Shown here: positions 1 through 9,375 of the stretch, one piece after another | Layout: each line of letters opens with the position of its first letter | Position numbering within the stretch: the stretch's first letter is position 1 | DNA from: a virus | Direction: 5' to 3' (one strand) | DNA length: 64,000 nucleotides | IMG/VR virus record: IMGVR_UViG_3300019487_000019 | Coordinates: 119,278 to 183,277 of that record | The notes under the pieces: model-generated | What the model saw: only the letters and a program-made list of their open reading frames with translations | Told to the model about the DNA's origin: nothing | Databases searched by the model: none | Program-made: the position numbers and the translations under genes

Positions 1-606
1 AAGCTTCTTGCCGCGTTCCATCTTAGCAATTTTCTTCTCTGCGTCTTCGAGAGCCTTCAGAGCGTCATCTAGACGCTGTTCGGTCTCATTGAGCTTGCCT
101 TCAACGGAATCATCTGCAGCATAGTGCTTCTTGAATTCTTCAACGAACGCTTCGAAAACCTTCTTACCGAATTGCTTCTTCTTCTCGGATGCAATGTCTT
201 CGCGTAGTTCTGTAAGTTCTTTTGCAAGACGAATTTCAAGGAATGCATCAAGCTTCTCGATAAGTGTATCGACGTCTTTCTTGAGGTCCTTGGCCATTTC
301 GCCTTTTGCTTCGACGAGCTTTTCTGCGTACTCTGCTTCTAGGTCGCGGAAACGCTCGATGTCTTCTTTAAGTTCAGCAAGTTCTTCCTTTAGAACTTCA
401 CTGACCTTCGCGTCGAGAGCTTCAATCAGAGTATCACGCTCGATAATCCATTTTTCGTTCAGTTCAGCCGTGACGGAAGCCGTTGCTTCTTCACGAGCTT
501 TTTTGGTTTCTGAATCAATCTTTTGCTTGAATGCTGATTCGAGATCTTTACGCGTTTCTGGCGTTAGAACCTCGTTCTCTAGCAATTTCTTGAGCAGCTC
601 TTCCAT
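1..606 (-). CDS. gp22: prohead core scaffolding protein (gp22-like), runs off the left edge
   Basis: Not in the ORF track. Manual translation from ATG 606 (AAGGAG RBS): MEELLKKLLENEVLTPETRKDLESAFKQKIDSE..., Glu/Lys-rich coiled coil, directly downstream of gp21 as in T4. Confidence 0.85.
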   Translation of the reverse strand, partial: MEELLKKLLENEVLTPETRKDLESAFKQKIDSETKKAREEATASVTAELNEKWIIERDTLIEALDAKVSEVLKEELAELKEDIERFRDLEAEYAEKLVEAKGEMAKDLKKDVDTLIEKLDAFLEIRLAKELTELREDIASEKKKQFGKKVFEAFVEEFKKHYAADDSVEGKLNETEQRLDDALKALEDAEKKIAKMERGKKL

Positions 607-669
607 GTAAACTCTCCTTTGATAACAAGTTGTTCCTTGTGGGAAATATTTATTGGTGCCCACAATTAC

Positions 670-702
670 GGCGGGAAAACACGTTTTCCCCGCTTCTTTT
701 TC
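670..702. terminator. hairpin / probable intrinsic terminator
   Basis: GCGGGAAAAC-AC-GTTTTCCCCGC inverted repeat followed by a T-rich run. Confidence 0.5.
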
Positions 703-744
703 CCTTCTAAATCAACTAGTTAGTTCGCGTCTAATTTTCTGAAT

Positions 745-1383
745 TTAGCCTTTACGAAAATTTACCGACGCAAGATACTTCAAAATTTCTTCACGTAGGT
801 ATTTTTGCGCTTTCGGATCGTGACGAGCAGCTTCAGCGAGGGTTTCGATTTGCTTGCCGTTGCGTGCTAGTTGTAGGCTTTCGTAAACACTTTGTGGAAA
901 TGCGTTCGGAGCAGACGGCTGCGCAACAATATCCACAGTAATGAACTGAAAACCACTAACACCACCGCCATCGCTTACATTACCGGCACCTCGGCTGGAA
1001 ACGCCCGGTTTCACACCAGCACGAATAATTTCACGTGCGATGTTGCCCATTGGTGTTTCGAGAATCTTTGCTTTTCCGTAGGCGTTTGAACCTAGCATTT
1101 TCAATTCAACGATTACGTGCGAAACACGGTCTAAATTGATTTGCAAAGATTGTGGGTGATCAAGCTCACCCATGATACCATTTTGCTCGCGAATACGCGT
1201 CTGAGCGCTTTCGACCGCTGCTGAAAGTTCACTAAGAGGATACGTACGACCATTACGGTTTTTAATATCCGCCTGCATGAAGATTCCTGCGAGGCTGAGC
1301 GATTTACCATCGACAGCCTGTTCTTGAATCAGATTACATTCGGACGGCAATAGTTCTTCGATAAGAAAGCTAGACTTAGTCAT
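745..1383 (-). CDS. gp21: prohead protease (gp21-like)
   Basis: GIFMQADIKNRNGRTYP, GELDHP, GVSSRG and DIVAQPS motifs with the catalytic His/Ser/Asp. Confidence 0.95.
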   Translation of the reverse strand: MTKSSFLIEELLPSECNLIQEQAVDGKSLSLAGIFMQADIKNRNGRTYPLSELSAAVESAQTRIREQNGIMGELDHPQSLQINLDRVSHVIVELKMLGSNAYGKAKILETPMGNIAREIIRAGVKPGVSSRGAGNVSDGGGVSGFQFITVDIVAQPSAPNAFPQSVYESLQLARNGKQIETLAEAARHDPKAQKYLREEILKYLASVNFRKG

Positions 1384-1394
1384 TCAAGTACTCC

Positions 1395-1757
1395 TTAGCA
1401 CTTGGCTTTCTTTTTCTTCTTCGCTTTTTCTTCCTCTTCCATAGACATTTCGTCGTCCATGTCTTCGTCTTCACCTTCATCGTCGTCCATGTCTTCGTCT
1501 TCACCTTCATCGTCGTCCATGTCTTCGTCGTCGGAAGATGCTTTCTTTTCTACAGGCTCTTCGTCGTCCATGTCTTCATCGGATACTCGTGCTTTCTTTT
1601 CGACAGGCTCGTCTTCCATTTCGTCTTGCTCACCAACGAGGATCGATTGAGCTTTGCCGCGAAGATACTCATGAAGAGCTTCGCCTGCTGCTTTGGAATC
1701 ATCGTTGATTAATCCCTTGATAACTACTTCAAGGCTTGCCTTTTGTGCTTTATTCAT
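1395..1757 (-). CDS. acidic prohead core protein (gp67-like position)
   Basis: ATG 1757 with AAGGAG RBS; Asp/Glu-rich; lies between portal and protease. Confidence 0.6.
   Translation of the reverse strand: MNKAQKASLEVVIKGLINDDSKAAGEALHEYLRGKAQSILVGEQDEMEDEPVEKKARVSDEDMDDEEPVEKKASSDDEDMDDDEGEDEDMDDDEGEDEDMDDEMSMEEEEKAKKKKKAKC
1451..1529. repeat. exact 30-bp tandem repeat, about 2.6 copies (encodes DEDMDDDEGE)
   Basis: CGTCGTCCATGTCTTCGTCTTCACCTTCAT at 1451, 1481 and partially at 1511. Confidence 0.95.
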
Positions 1758-1849
1758 CGGTCTGCTCCTTTTGGTCGACAAAAGTAAATCTCACCCAATT
1801 AAAGGTGATTCGTGTTTATTTATTTCTACATTGTTGATTTATCTACTTT

Positions 1850-4800
1850 TTATGCGGGTGGCGGCATTCCCCCTGCTAATTCAGGGGTTTGTCCGGCTGG
1901 AGGGGTTCCAATTCCTGCAGGTCCACCAGCTGGTGGAGCGCCTGTTTCACCACCTAAACCACCGGGTTCCGTTCCTGGAGCGCCGCCTGGAGCGCCACCT
2001 AAATCACCAAGACCGCCGCCTGCTGGAAGCGCACCTGGGAACATGCCTCCTCCACCGCCCAAACCACCCATACCGGCTTCTGCACCAGGTTCAGGTTGTG
2101 GGCCATAAACTTTGACCATGCTTGCTGGATCGTCTGGATTGAGCTGCAACTCTTCGCACTTCTTGTAGTAGTTTTCCAATTGCTCTGCATCTGAAAGTTG
2201 CAGATATTTCTTACCAGCAAAGCGTGCCGACAACCACGTAATCGACATAGCGGTCGACATTGTATTGAGCAATTCACTGTCAAGTTTCTGCTGGCGATAG
2301 ATACCAAAGTTCTCTGGATCAGGCAATCGTAGACTAAACATTGATGTTTCTGCATGAATGCCTGCAGCATGCAGATAACGTTTGAATTCTTTATCCATCA
2401 CCTTTTCAACATAGCGTTGGAGACGTCGAATGAACAAGGCGAAGCGCAACTCTTGAATATAAGCAACACCAACAGCACCATCGGTGATGACAGCGTTGTC
2501 CGTGCCTTCACGCATGTACGAAAGAGGAATTCGCAGTCCTCGGAAGACTTTCCACTGGAAGTATTCAAGATCGGCTAGCTCACCAAGACCTTGACCGCCT
2601 GGAAGAACTTCAACCTTCGACCCCTTGCCTTCTGGACGTTGTGCAAAGAAGAAGTCCTCATTCATACTATTAAGTACCCAAATCCCTGCGGAAATTGCAA
2701 AATTATGGTAGTCGTGTAGCTTGTGGTGTCCGTCAATAGTGATTGTTCCTGTATCAACTTTCTCTGGCAACCATTCAATACTGACTATCTTGTGGTTGAA
2801 ATTTGACAATTCACTAACAAGATGTTTGAATGACCTGTAATTGTAGTGATGTGCAACACCCTCAAACATATGTGCGTCAGGAATATTGATTTCCGTGTCA
2901 AATGTCTTATTGTATGCAGAGGCATACTGCTTCCATACATCTGGATTTTGCTTTAAATAGTTGACAATAGCGAAGTTATGCGGGGATACTTTTGTAATTA
3001 AAGATATTGTTTCGTTCATCAAACTACTCGTTTGAATTGTTTGGGCTTCAATGTTATTTTGAATGATTGATGTGCGAAAAACTTTGAAACTCTGATAGCC
3101 ATATTGCTGCATCATTATTCGCAAAGATCGTTTTGAGAACACATCAGTCTTGATTTTTACCATTAGCGATTTCTGCTGTTGTTTCTTATTTGCGTCTGCG
3201 TATGATTGTAAAAATTCACAACCTGGCTGATTAACCGTCTCAATGAGTTGATCAAGAGATATTGTTGGTTTTTGCATAATTACATTCTTCACGATATCAA
3301 ACATTTCATTCGTGAATACGAGCGATTGATTTTTAAGCGGTGTTGGTTTTGAACGAATATTTTTGACGAACTTTTCACGAAGTGCAAGATCAACTTTCAT
3401 TCTTTCAGAAAGTGTCTTTCCATGACTTGCGACAAACTGTCTTTTCAAATCAGGATCAGCATTTAATCTTTCTCTGAATGCTTTGCGGCCTGTTTCCCGA
3501 CTCAATTTTCCTTGTTCATAATGGCTGTTGTGATATCTCCGATGATCAACAAAATTCATAAACACAAGGTTTTCTGGGTTATTGTTGTATCGATTGAAGT
3601 CAACGTGATGAAGTGTTTGCTTTTTCTCTACTGACAGTTGTTCGTCAAACACAAACTCAACGTGTCGCCCTTTAGTTTTTATATAGTTGCCAACCATCTT
3701 ATGAACATATTCCCACTTTTTTGCACCAGGCTGATAAACCTGTGTATACGTCAATTGGTTTCGAATAGCATTCTGTCGCAATGTGAATGGGAACAACGAG
3801 TCTTCCTGTGTCAAGTCTTTTGCAAGCTTGTATCCACCACCTTGAACAGGAATTTTATGATCTGGTGTGCACACCAACGTTTCACCGTTGTCAAATGTCA
3901 ACTTGACAACGGTCGTATTGCGACGTGTAATACCAGCCCATGAAATTTCTCCGGGAACAACTTCTCCTGTTTTCGGATTAATACTGTACGCCCAATTTGT
4001 TTTACCCTGTTCAAATTCACCAATAATCTCCTGCAACGTAAGATGACGGCCGTCCAATAATGGAATTTGTGTGTCAAGAGCCAAACAATGTGGGTTGTAC
4101 ACACTATCGACCTGTTCAACCCCACCACCATATGTTGGGATTTTCTTCTGACGAATTTCGTTCTTGATTTGTTCCAGATATGTCTTTACTCGTTGAGGAG
4201 GCATCTTACCAACATCGATATAGAACACACGACGTTCTGGGGCTCGTTGGATTCGATAGATGATGATGGCATCTTCAAGAAGTTCTTTTTGCTTCTGCGC
4301 TCGATAAATCGCGCGCAACACGCTTTCTCCGAACGGAGCCGATTCACCGATATCGTCGTTCAATGTAAACCAAACAATCTCATCCGCTGTGAATGTGTCG
4401 ACCTGTGTTTCGGCATACTTACCAAAATGACCAACAGGTGAATTATATGGTGAGTTAGGTGTTTTAATTTCTTGCTTGATCTGCCATCCAAGCACTCTTG
4501 TCATGTCATTTTCATCAACAATAGCAGCGACAACGTTTTTTGGATGAAGGTATTCCCATTTTCTTGTGTCGCTCTTTCGAAGAAAGAAACAATCTCCATA
4601 CTTGATAGTTGTTCGAGCAACTTTAAACAATCGTGTTTCCCAGTCATGAAGATCACACCAGTAGCGCAATGCTGATTTCAGTGTCATGACGATTGAAGGT
4701 GGAATGAATTCTTCCTTCTCTTGTTTCACATACAACTCGATTGGCATTTCCACCTGTGGGTTGCTGCCTGTCATCTCTTCAGCGATTGTGTCGAGAGCAC

Positions 4801-4996
4801 GTGCCACTTCAACGTCGTTGTCCATCAAATCATATTCACGATAACGTGTAATACGAGACGCGGAACCTTGAATGAGACGTTGATACCATGTGTAGTTTGC
4901 ATAGACGCCTTGATCACCAAGCGCCTGACTATCGGTCATTGTTGTCGTACCAACTCTTGGTTGGACGACCTTGAAAAAATCGACGAACTTTGCCAT
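1850..4996 (-). CDS. gp20: portal protein (gp20-like) containing an intein
   Basis: LLEDAIIIYRIQRAPERRVFYIDVGKMP and EDFFFAQRPEGKGSKVEVLPGGQGLGEL portal motifs. Confidence 0.96.
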   Translation of the reverse strand: MAKFVDFFKVVQPRVGTTTMTDSQALGDQGVYANYTWYQRLIQGSASRITRYREYDLMDNDVEVARALDTIAEEMTGSNPQVEMPIELYVKQEKEEFIPPSIVMTLKSALRYWCDLHDWETRLFKVARTTIKYGDCFFLRKSDTRKWEYLHPKNVVAAIVDENDMTRVLGWQIKQEIKTPNSPYNSPVGHFGKYAETQVDTFTADEIVWFTLNDDIGESAPFGESVLRAIYRAQKQKELLEDAIIIYRIQRAPERRVFYIDVGKMPPQRVKTYLEQIKNEIRQKKIPTYGGGVEQVDSVYNPHCLALDTQIPLLDGRHLTLQEIIGEFEQGKTNWAYSINPKTGEVVPGEISWAGITRRNTTVVKLTFDNGETLVCTPDHKIPVQGGGYKLAKDLTQEDSLFPFTLRQNAIRNQLTYTQVYQPGAKKWEYVHKMVGNYIKTKGRHVEFVFDEQLSVEKKQTLHHVDFNRYNNNPENLVFMNFVDHRRYHNSHYEQGKLSRETGRKAFRERLNADPDLKRQFVASHGKTLSERMKVDLALREKFVKNIRSKPTPLKNQSLVFTNEMFDIVKNVIMQKPTISLDQLIETVNQPGCEFLQSYADANKKQQQKSLMVKIKTDVFSKRSLRIMMQQYGYQSFKVFRTSIIQNNIEAQTIQTSSLMNETISLITKVSPHNFAIVNYLKQNPDVWKQYASAYNKTFDTEINIPDAHMFEGVAHHYNYRSFKHLVSELSNFNHKIVSIEWLPEKVDTGTITIDGHHKLHDYHNFAISAGIWVLNSMNEDFFFAQRPEGKGSKVEVLPGGQGLGELADLEYFQWKVFRGLRIPLSYMREGTDNAVITDGAVGVAYIQELRFALFIRRLQRYVEKVMDKEFKRYLHAAGIHAETSMFSLRLPDPENFGIYRQQKLDSELLNTMSTAMSITWLSARFAGKKYLQLSDAEQLENYYKKCEELQLNPDDPASMVKVYGPQPEPGAEAGMGGLGGGGGMFPGALPAGGGLGDLGGAPGGAPGTEPGGLGGETGAPPAGGPAGIGTPPAGQTPELAGGMPPPA
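2669..4087 (-). mobile_element. 473-aa intein with HNH endonuclease in the portal
   Basis: VYNPH|CLALDTQIPLLDG...CTPDHKI...HHVDFNRYNNNPENL...HNFAISAGIWVLN|SMNED; excision restores YNPHSMNEDFF. Confidence 0.93.
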
Positions 4997-5053
4997 GTTA
5001 GGTCCTATTTTTATAGTGCAAAGTTATTTATCCGCTGGAAAACAAAGGTACCT

Positions 5054-7384
5054 TTACGCGGTGTTTGTTCCCAAATTTTTATACTGCTTTGTGAGGTTCT
5101 TGATGTTGCTCAAACGTTCACCCACATTCATTGCTTTGCGCTCTTTTTCATCAGTCATTGCGAGCGCCGTTAGCATTTCTTTTGAAAGCTCATTACTTTC
5201 CTTCATTGCTTCAAGCAATTGTGTAAGGGTCATACTGTTCTCTTTCATCTGAACCAATTGTGTCTCAATTGTTGTCGCAGTTGCTTTCTGGGTCTCGTCA
5301 ATCTTCTTTTTCCTCTCTTCTTCTTTTGCTTCTTTCTCTTTTCTTTCTTCGACTGTACCCACTGGAGCAGCTGCTCCTGTTGTTTGTGCTTGTGCTTGAA
5401 CCCCAGGTGCAACTGTTGGCCCACCCGGCTTGAAGCCGAGACTCTCCATACTAACACCATATTCTTTGCTAATCTTTTCGAAATCCGCTCGAGACTTTGC
5501 TGCCATGATGGCGTCATTCATACTTGCCTTGCCCATGATTTTGTCAACCAGGCCGCCGAGACCTACCTCAAATTTGTTCCCAGCCTCGGTATTTTCAAGA
5601 AGTGCTCGTGTACCGAAGTAGGCCGCAGCACCAGCAGCACCAGCAGCACCCGCGACCAAAGCACCCTTGGCTGCTAATGCACCACCTCCCATTGCTGCAG
5701 CTCCTCTCAATAGGCCTCCTGCTCCACCAGCGAGACTCTTCGCAGCTCCTCCCAACAACGAAGCAAATGCCTTGCCCTTCAGTATACCAAAGATACCACC
5801 GATCGCCCCGGTAATAATCATTAAGAGAGGATTTTTAGTTAGAGCATCAATAACACGGTCGAAGAATATTACGATCTTCTTTAGGTCTTTATTGTTTTCC
5901 CCAAGTAGTTTTAGAGAATCCTGCTCGTATTTCGTTCCTTCAACTAAACGTGTGTTAAATGGACTTGTCGGACCAATTAGTTCTTGTAGGCCTAATTTAT
6001 CTGCTAGTGTTGCTGCAAAAATTTCACCACCAATCGAACCCATTTGTGATTCTGACATTGTGTTTGAAAGGTTCGACAAATATTTCTGCAGTTCTTGTTT
6101 TTCGTCTGCTGATGCACGCTGTCCTTTAATTAAGATTCTCGACGCTTCATCACCACCAGCAACGCCCATCGCGCCACCCATCGCTCGAAGTTTTGCAGCT
6201 TGTTTAAATCGTTCAAGCGGACCTTGCCCTGAGAGCTTATTCAAGGCTTTTGTTGCCTCAATAGCTTGTTTTGTTGTCATACCCATTGCACGATTTTCAG
6301 CAAGACGACCAGCGATTCCTTTCATAATCGCGGCGCGCTCTTCCTCAGATGATGCTGCACGTAATTGTGCACTTGTGGCTGCATCATCTGTGATGTCTGC
6401 CATCGCTGAATTGAATTCCGCCGATGTCATGTTAGAAGTTTTCTGCAATTTTGCAAATTCAGGAGCAAGTAATTCCATATTCTTTGCTGTCGGCTTAATG
6501 CCTCGCTCAGCCAACATTTTCATCTGTTCGGCGACAAATTGAGTACGTTCAGCATTATCACCAATCAAATCTTCGTATTGTTTGTTTGCTGCTGTCAGCA
6601 ACTCGAGGTGTTTTGTTGTTCCACCAGCCGCGAGCACAACATCTCGGTGTGCCTTGCTCAACTTTGCATATTCTTGACCTGTTAATCCCAACTGATAACC
6701 AAGTGTCATCAGTTGCTCTGTTGTAGCAGACATACCTGATGAGATTTCTTCCTTAACAATACCAAAAGCTTCTTTCATACCGGACAAGAAAGCAGCACCA
6801 GAGAAGAACGTATTCAATTTACTCGTGATAGCACCACCAATCTGCTTTGCCATCCGTTCGCCAGCCATCGACCAAAAACCACCTAGTTTACGCTCTGCGC
6901 TCTCCCATTCTTGATGCATCTTATCGCCTGCTTGCTGGTATTCAGCTGATAGTTTGCGATTCTGTCTTAGCATTGCATGTCGGTCAGCAAGTTCTTTCCG
7001 ATGTGCGTTCCAAAGCTGCTGTTGATGCAAGAACGTAGCCTTACTTACCCCCGCGAGCTGCGCGTCGTCCCAACGCTGTTTTCGCGCTGCCGTTTCTTTT
7101 TGAAGCTCCAAAAACTTCCGTGCGTCGTCGATGAATTTACTATCAGTTTCTTTTTTCTTCTTGCGGAACTCTCGTTCCGCATTAATCAACGACATCAACG
7201 TCGCTCGGCGTTTCTGGGCTATTTCATCATCGCCTTTGATTGTTTTCTTAAGTTGTTCTTCTTCGGCGTCGCCACGTTGCTTCATGGCATCGATAGTATC
7301 CTTAACGGCCGCCGACATGGAACCGAGGTGAGCTTCGACAGCTGCAAAAGCTTGAGTAATCGCTTGAGTGTTGATATCAGCCAT
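5054..7384 (-). CDS. probable tail tape measure protein
   Basis: 776 aa, helical and Ala/Gly-rich with hydrophobic segments, late promoter, next to the gp26/gp51-like pair. Confidence 0.65.
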   Translation of the reverse strand: MADINTQAITQAFAAVEAHLGSMSAAVKDTIDAMKQRGDAEEEQLKKTIKGDDEIAQKRRATLMSLINAEREFRKKKKETDSKFIDDARKFLELQKETAARKQRWDDAQLAGVSKATFLHQQQLWNAHRKELADRHAMLRQNRKLSAEYQQAGDKMHQEWESAERKLGGFWSMAGERMAKQIGGAITSKLNTFFSGAAFLSGMKEAFGIVKEEISSGMSATTEQLMTLGYQLGLTGQEYAKLSKAHRDVVLAAGGTTKHLELLTAANKQYEDLIGDNAERTQFVAEQMKMLAERGIKPTAKNMELLAPEFAKLQKTSNMTSAEFNSAMADITDDAATSAQLRAASSEEERAAIMKGIAGRLAENRAMGMTTKQAIEATKALNKLSGQGPLERFKQAAKLRAMGGAMGVAGGDEASRILIKGQRASADEKQELQKYLSNLSNTMSESQMGSIGGEIFAATLADKLGLQELIGPTSPFNTRLVEGTKYEQDSLKLLGENNKDLKKIVIFFDRVIDALTKNPLLMIITGAIGGIFGILKGKAFASLLGGAAKSLAGGAGGLLRGAAAMGGGALAAKGALVAGAAGAAGAAAYFGTRALLENTEAGNKFEVGLGGLVDKIMGKASMNDAIMAAKSRADFEKISKEYGVSMESLGFKPGGPTVAPGVQAQAQTTGAAAPVGTVEERKEKEAKEEERKKKIDETQKATATTIETQLVQMKENSMTLTQLLEAMKESNELSKEMLTALAMTDEKERKAMNVGERLSNIKNLTKQYKNLGTNTA

Positions 7385-7488
7385 ATTGACCCTTCAAAAA
7401 TCTTGTTTACCGCTTGTATTTATTGAAGGTTTCCCGGTTTGTAAACCTGTGGGTACTCACGCTAAATATTTCAAGTAAGGAGAAATGT

Positions 7489-8289
7489 ATGACTAATCCA
7501 CTGATTCAAACGCTGAAAGCTCGAATTCCTGGTGAATCGTTCCGGTTGCCTTCACAAGCCTTGTTTTATACAAATGGTGAACTGGATGAATCTGTCAAAG
7601 AAGGCGAAGTGCACGTCTATCCCATGACGGGAATTGATGAAATCGTCCTGAGAACACCCGATAAACTCTTATCTGGTGAAGGTATTGCAGAAGTATTTCA
7701 ACACTGTATTCCACAAATCCTTAAACCGCGCGACCTGCTCGCGAAGGACGTGGACTATTTGCTTATGGCACTACGTCTGTTGTCGTATGGAAACGACCTT
7801 AGTGTCTCTTATCAGCATGGTTGTGAAAACTCAAAGAGTCATTCATATACAATTCCAATTCGCCCATTGTTGCGAGAGTCTCGTCAAATTGATCCAACGA
7901 CACTAGCACAAGTTTTCGTTTTAACAACATCAGCTGGCCAGGTTGTCCATCTACGACCCGCCCTGTTCAAAAACGTTATTGAGGTGTTCCAGACATCGGT
8001 ACTTGCAAGTGGGCAAGATGAGTTTGCCGATAAAGACTTAAAAAAGATTCATACAGACCTAGTCGAAATCTTTGTCAACATGATTCTTGAAGTTGATGGT
8101 ATTTCTGATAGAGATCAAATACGAGAGTGGGTAACACTCCTCACACCGGGAATGCTGCAGGAAATTGGAACGAAATCTCAAGAGATTGCAAATTGGGGGT
8201 TGAATCCCGTTGTATCTATTGAATGTCGTGATTGTCGCCAATCAATTCCACTGGAGGTACCGGTAAATCCGGTAAGTTTTTTTATCTAA
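7489..8289 (+). CDS. gp26: baseplate hub assembly protein (gp26-like)
   Basis: ATG 7489 after AAGGAG; LPS.., YPMT.IDEI, DVDYLLMALRLLSYG, CRDC and C-terminal SFF, typical of gp26-like proteins. Confidence 0.75.
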   Translation: MTNPLIQTLKARIPGESFRLPSQALFYTNGELDESVKEGEVHVYPMTGIDEIVLRTPDKLLSGEGIAEVFQHCIPQILKPRDLLAKDVDYLLMALRLLSYGNDLSVSYQHGCENSKSHSYTIPIRPLLRESRQIDPTTLAQVFVLTTSAGQVVHLRPALFKNVIEVFQTSVLASGQDEFADKDLKKIHTDLVEIFVNMILEVDGISDRDQIREWVTLLTPGMLQEIGTKSQEIANWGLNPVVSIECRDCRQSIPLEVPVNPVSFFI

Positions 8290-8513
8290 CTCTTCGATTT
8301 GGTACACCAGCTGAAAAGCGGCGCTTATTCGAAGAGTTACAAGGTGATGCACGGAACTTGATTAAATCAATTATTCAACTCGTCTATTTCATGCGTGGTG
8401 CCATTCAATATCATGATATGTTAGCAATGACGCCTGCTGAACGCCGACTCGTGCAAGAATTTATTGAAGATCGCCTTGAGCAGGAAAAGGACAAATTACA
8501 CCAGAATTATTGA
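8283..8513 (+). CDS. gp51-like small ORF, probably the -1 frameshift extension of the gp26-like gene
   Basis: Open -1 frame from the T7 run (YLTLRFG...MRGAIQYHDMLAMTPAERRLVQEFIE); internal ATG 8391 lacks an SD sequence. Confidence 0.65.
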   Translation, partial: YLTLRFGTPAEKRRLFEELQGDARNLIKSIIQLVYFMRGAIQYHDMLAMTPAERRLVQEFIEDRLEQEKDKLHQNY

Positions 8514-8773
8514 TTCGCTTCGCGAACTCACTCGCGTCCCTCCTCACTTCGTTCGTCGGTCTGCTCGCTCGTTGTTTTGTTTCTAATCTAATTCCAATCG
8601 GAAGATCAGGTAGCTTCCCCGCATTATCGTAGCTGACTGGAATAAACCTCACGGCATGAGAAGAATACATGCTTACTGTAGATGGAGTTGTAGCCTGCTC
8701 CCAAGGATTTACTGCTAACTCAGTCGCCAGAAGGGTATTTGCGAGGGCGTTTCTATTTTTATCGTTATTTGTT
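8514..8773 (-). ncRNA. candidate structured non-coding element (ncRNA or replication origin)
   Basis: Longest ORF-free gap in the window; several nested hairpins and a GCGAG/CGAA repeat tract. Confidence 0.4.
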
Positions 8774-9343
8774 TTAACGTGTCAGGTCTACTTTTTCCGA
8801 GGATTCGGTTCTAGGAGGGATAACTACTTTAGTTTCTGTCGGTGCTGGTTTTACTTTAGTTTTTTCTAGTACGTATCTAGCAATCCAATATGCGTCTGTT
8901 ATATCATATAGGCCCTTGGTCTTCTTATACCCCTGAGCCTCGAAATATTTTAGCACAGCTTTCGGTAAGCTGTCAACCATTTTTTTCTTATCGGCATTTC
9001 CTTTACCGCTTCCGAACTTTTTCAATTCATTCGGCGTGACGATTACCAGGTGTTGATCATCCACGAAACGAAGTCGATGAACGATTCCAAATTGAAGGCC
9101 AGCCAAATCGCGAGTAGCGTCTCCAAACTTCGCATAAGCTAATCCCTCAAGTCCAATTGTTTCCGGAGCGTAAATTTTAACAAGATTTTGAATCTCATTG
9201 ATTATTGACCATGAGCGTTGAAACGCGTCGCCATCAGCGGGAGCTGTTGAAATGATGCGCGTTGCGATAATTTCTTTATCATGATTTAGAACAACAACAC
9301 CAGTGCTTGTATAAGACTGGTCTATGCCCATGTAAAAAGTCAT
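8774..9343 (-). CDS. RuvC-like Holliday junction resolvase
   Basis: MGIDQSYTSTG, IGLEG, ELKKFGSGKGNADKKKM, DITDAY. Confidence 0.88.
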   Translation of the reverse strand: MTFYMGIDQSYTSTGVVVLNHDKEIIATRIISTAPADGDAFQRSWSIINEIQNLVKIYAPETIGLEGLAYAKFGDATRDLAGLQFGIVHRLRFVDDQHLVIVTPNELKKFGSGKGNADKKKMVDSLPKAVLKYFEAQGYKKTKGLYDITDAYWIARYVLEKTKVKPAPTETKVVIPPRTESSEKVDLTR

Positions 9344-9375
9344 ATGGGTCTCCGTTTGATGGAGACTATTTACGC

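Noticed and set aside
1451-1580. Tandem repeats as a CRISPR array
   Set aside because: No spacers; in-frame coding repeat of an acidic protein
8774-9343. RuvC gene plus downstream structured region as a TnpB/Cas12-like RNA-guided system
   Set aside because: The protein is a compact 189-aa resolvase-type RuvC with no room for REC/WED domains and no Zn finger; no repeat-spacer array or transposon ends are visible
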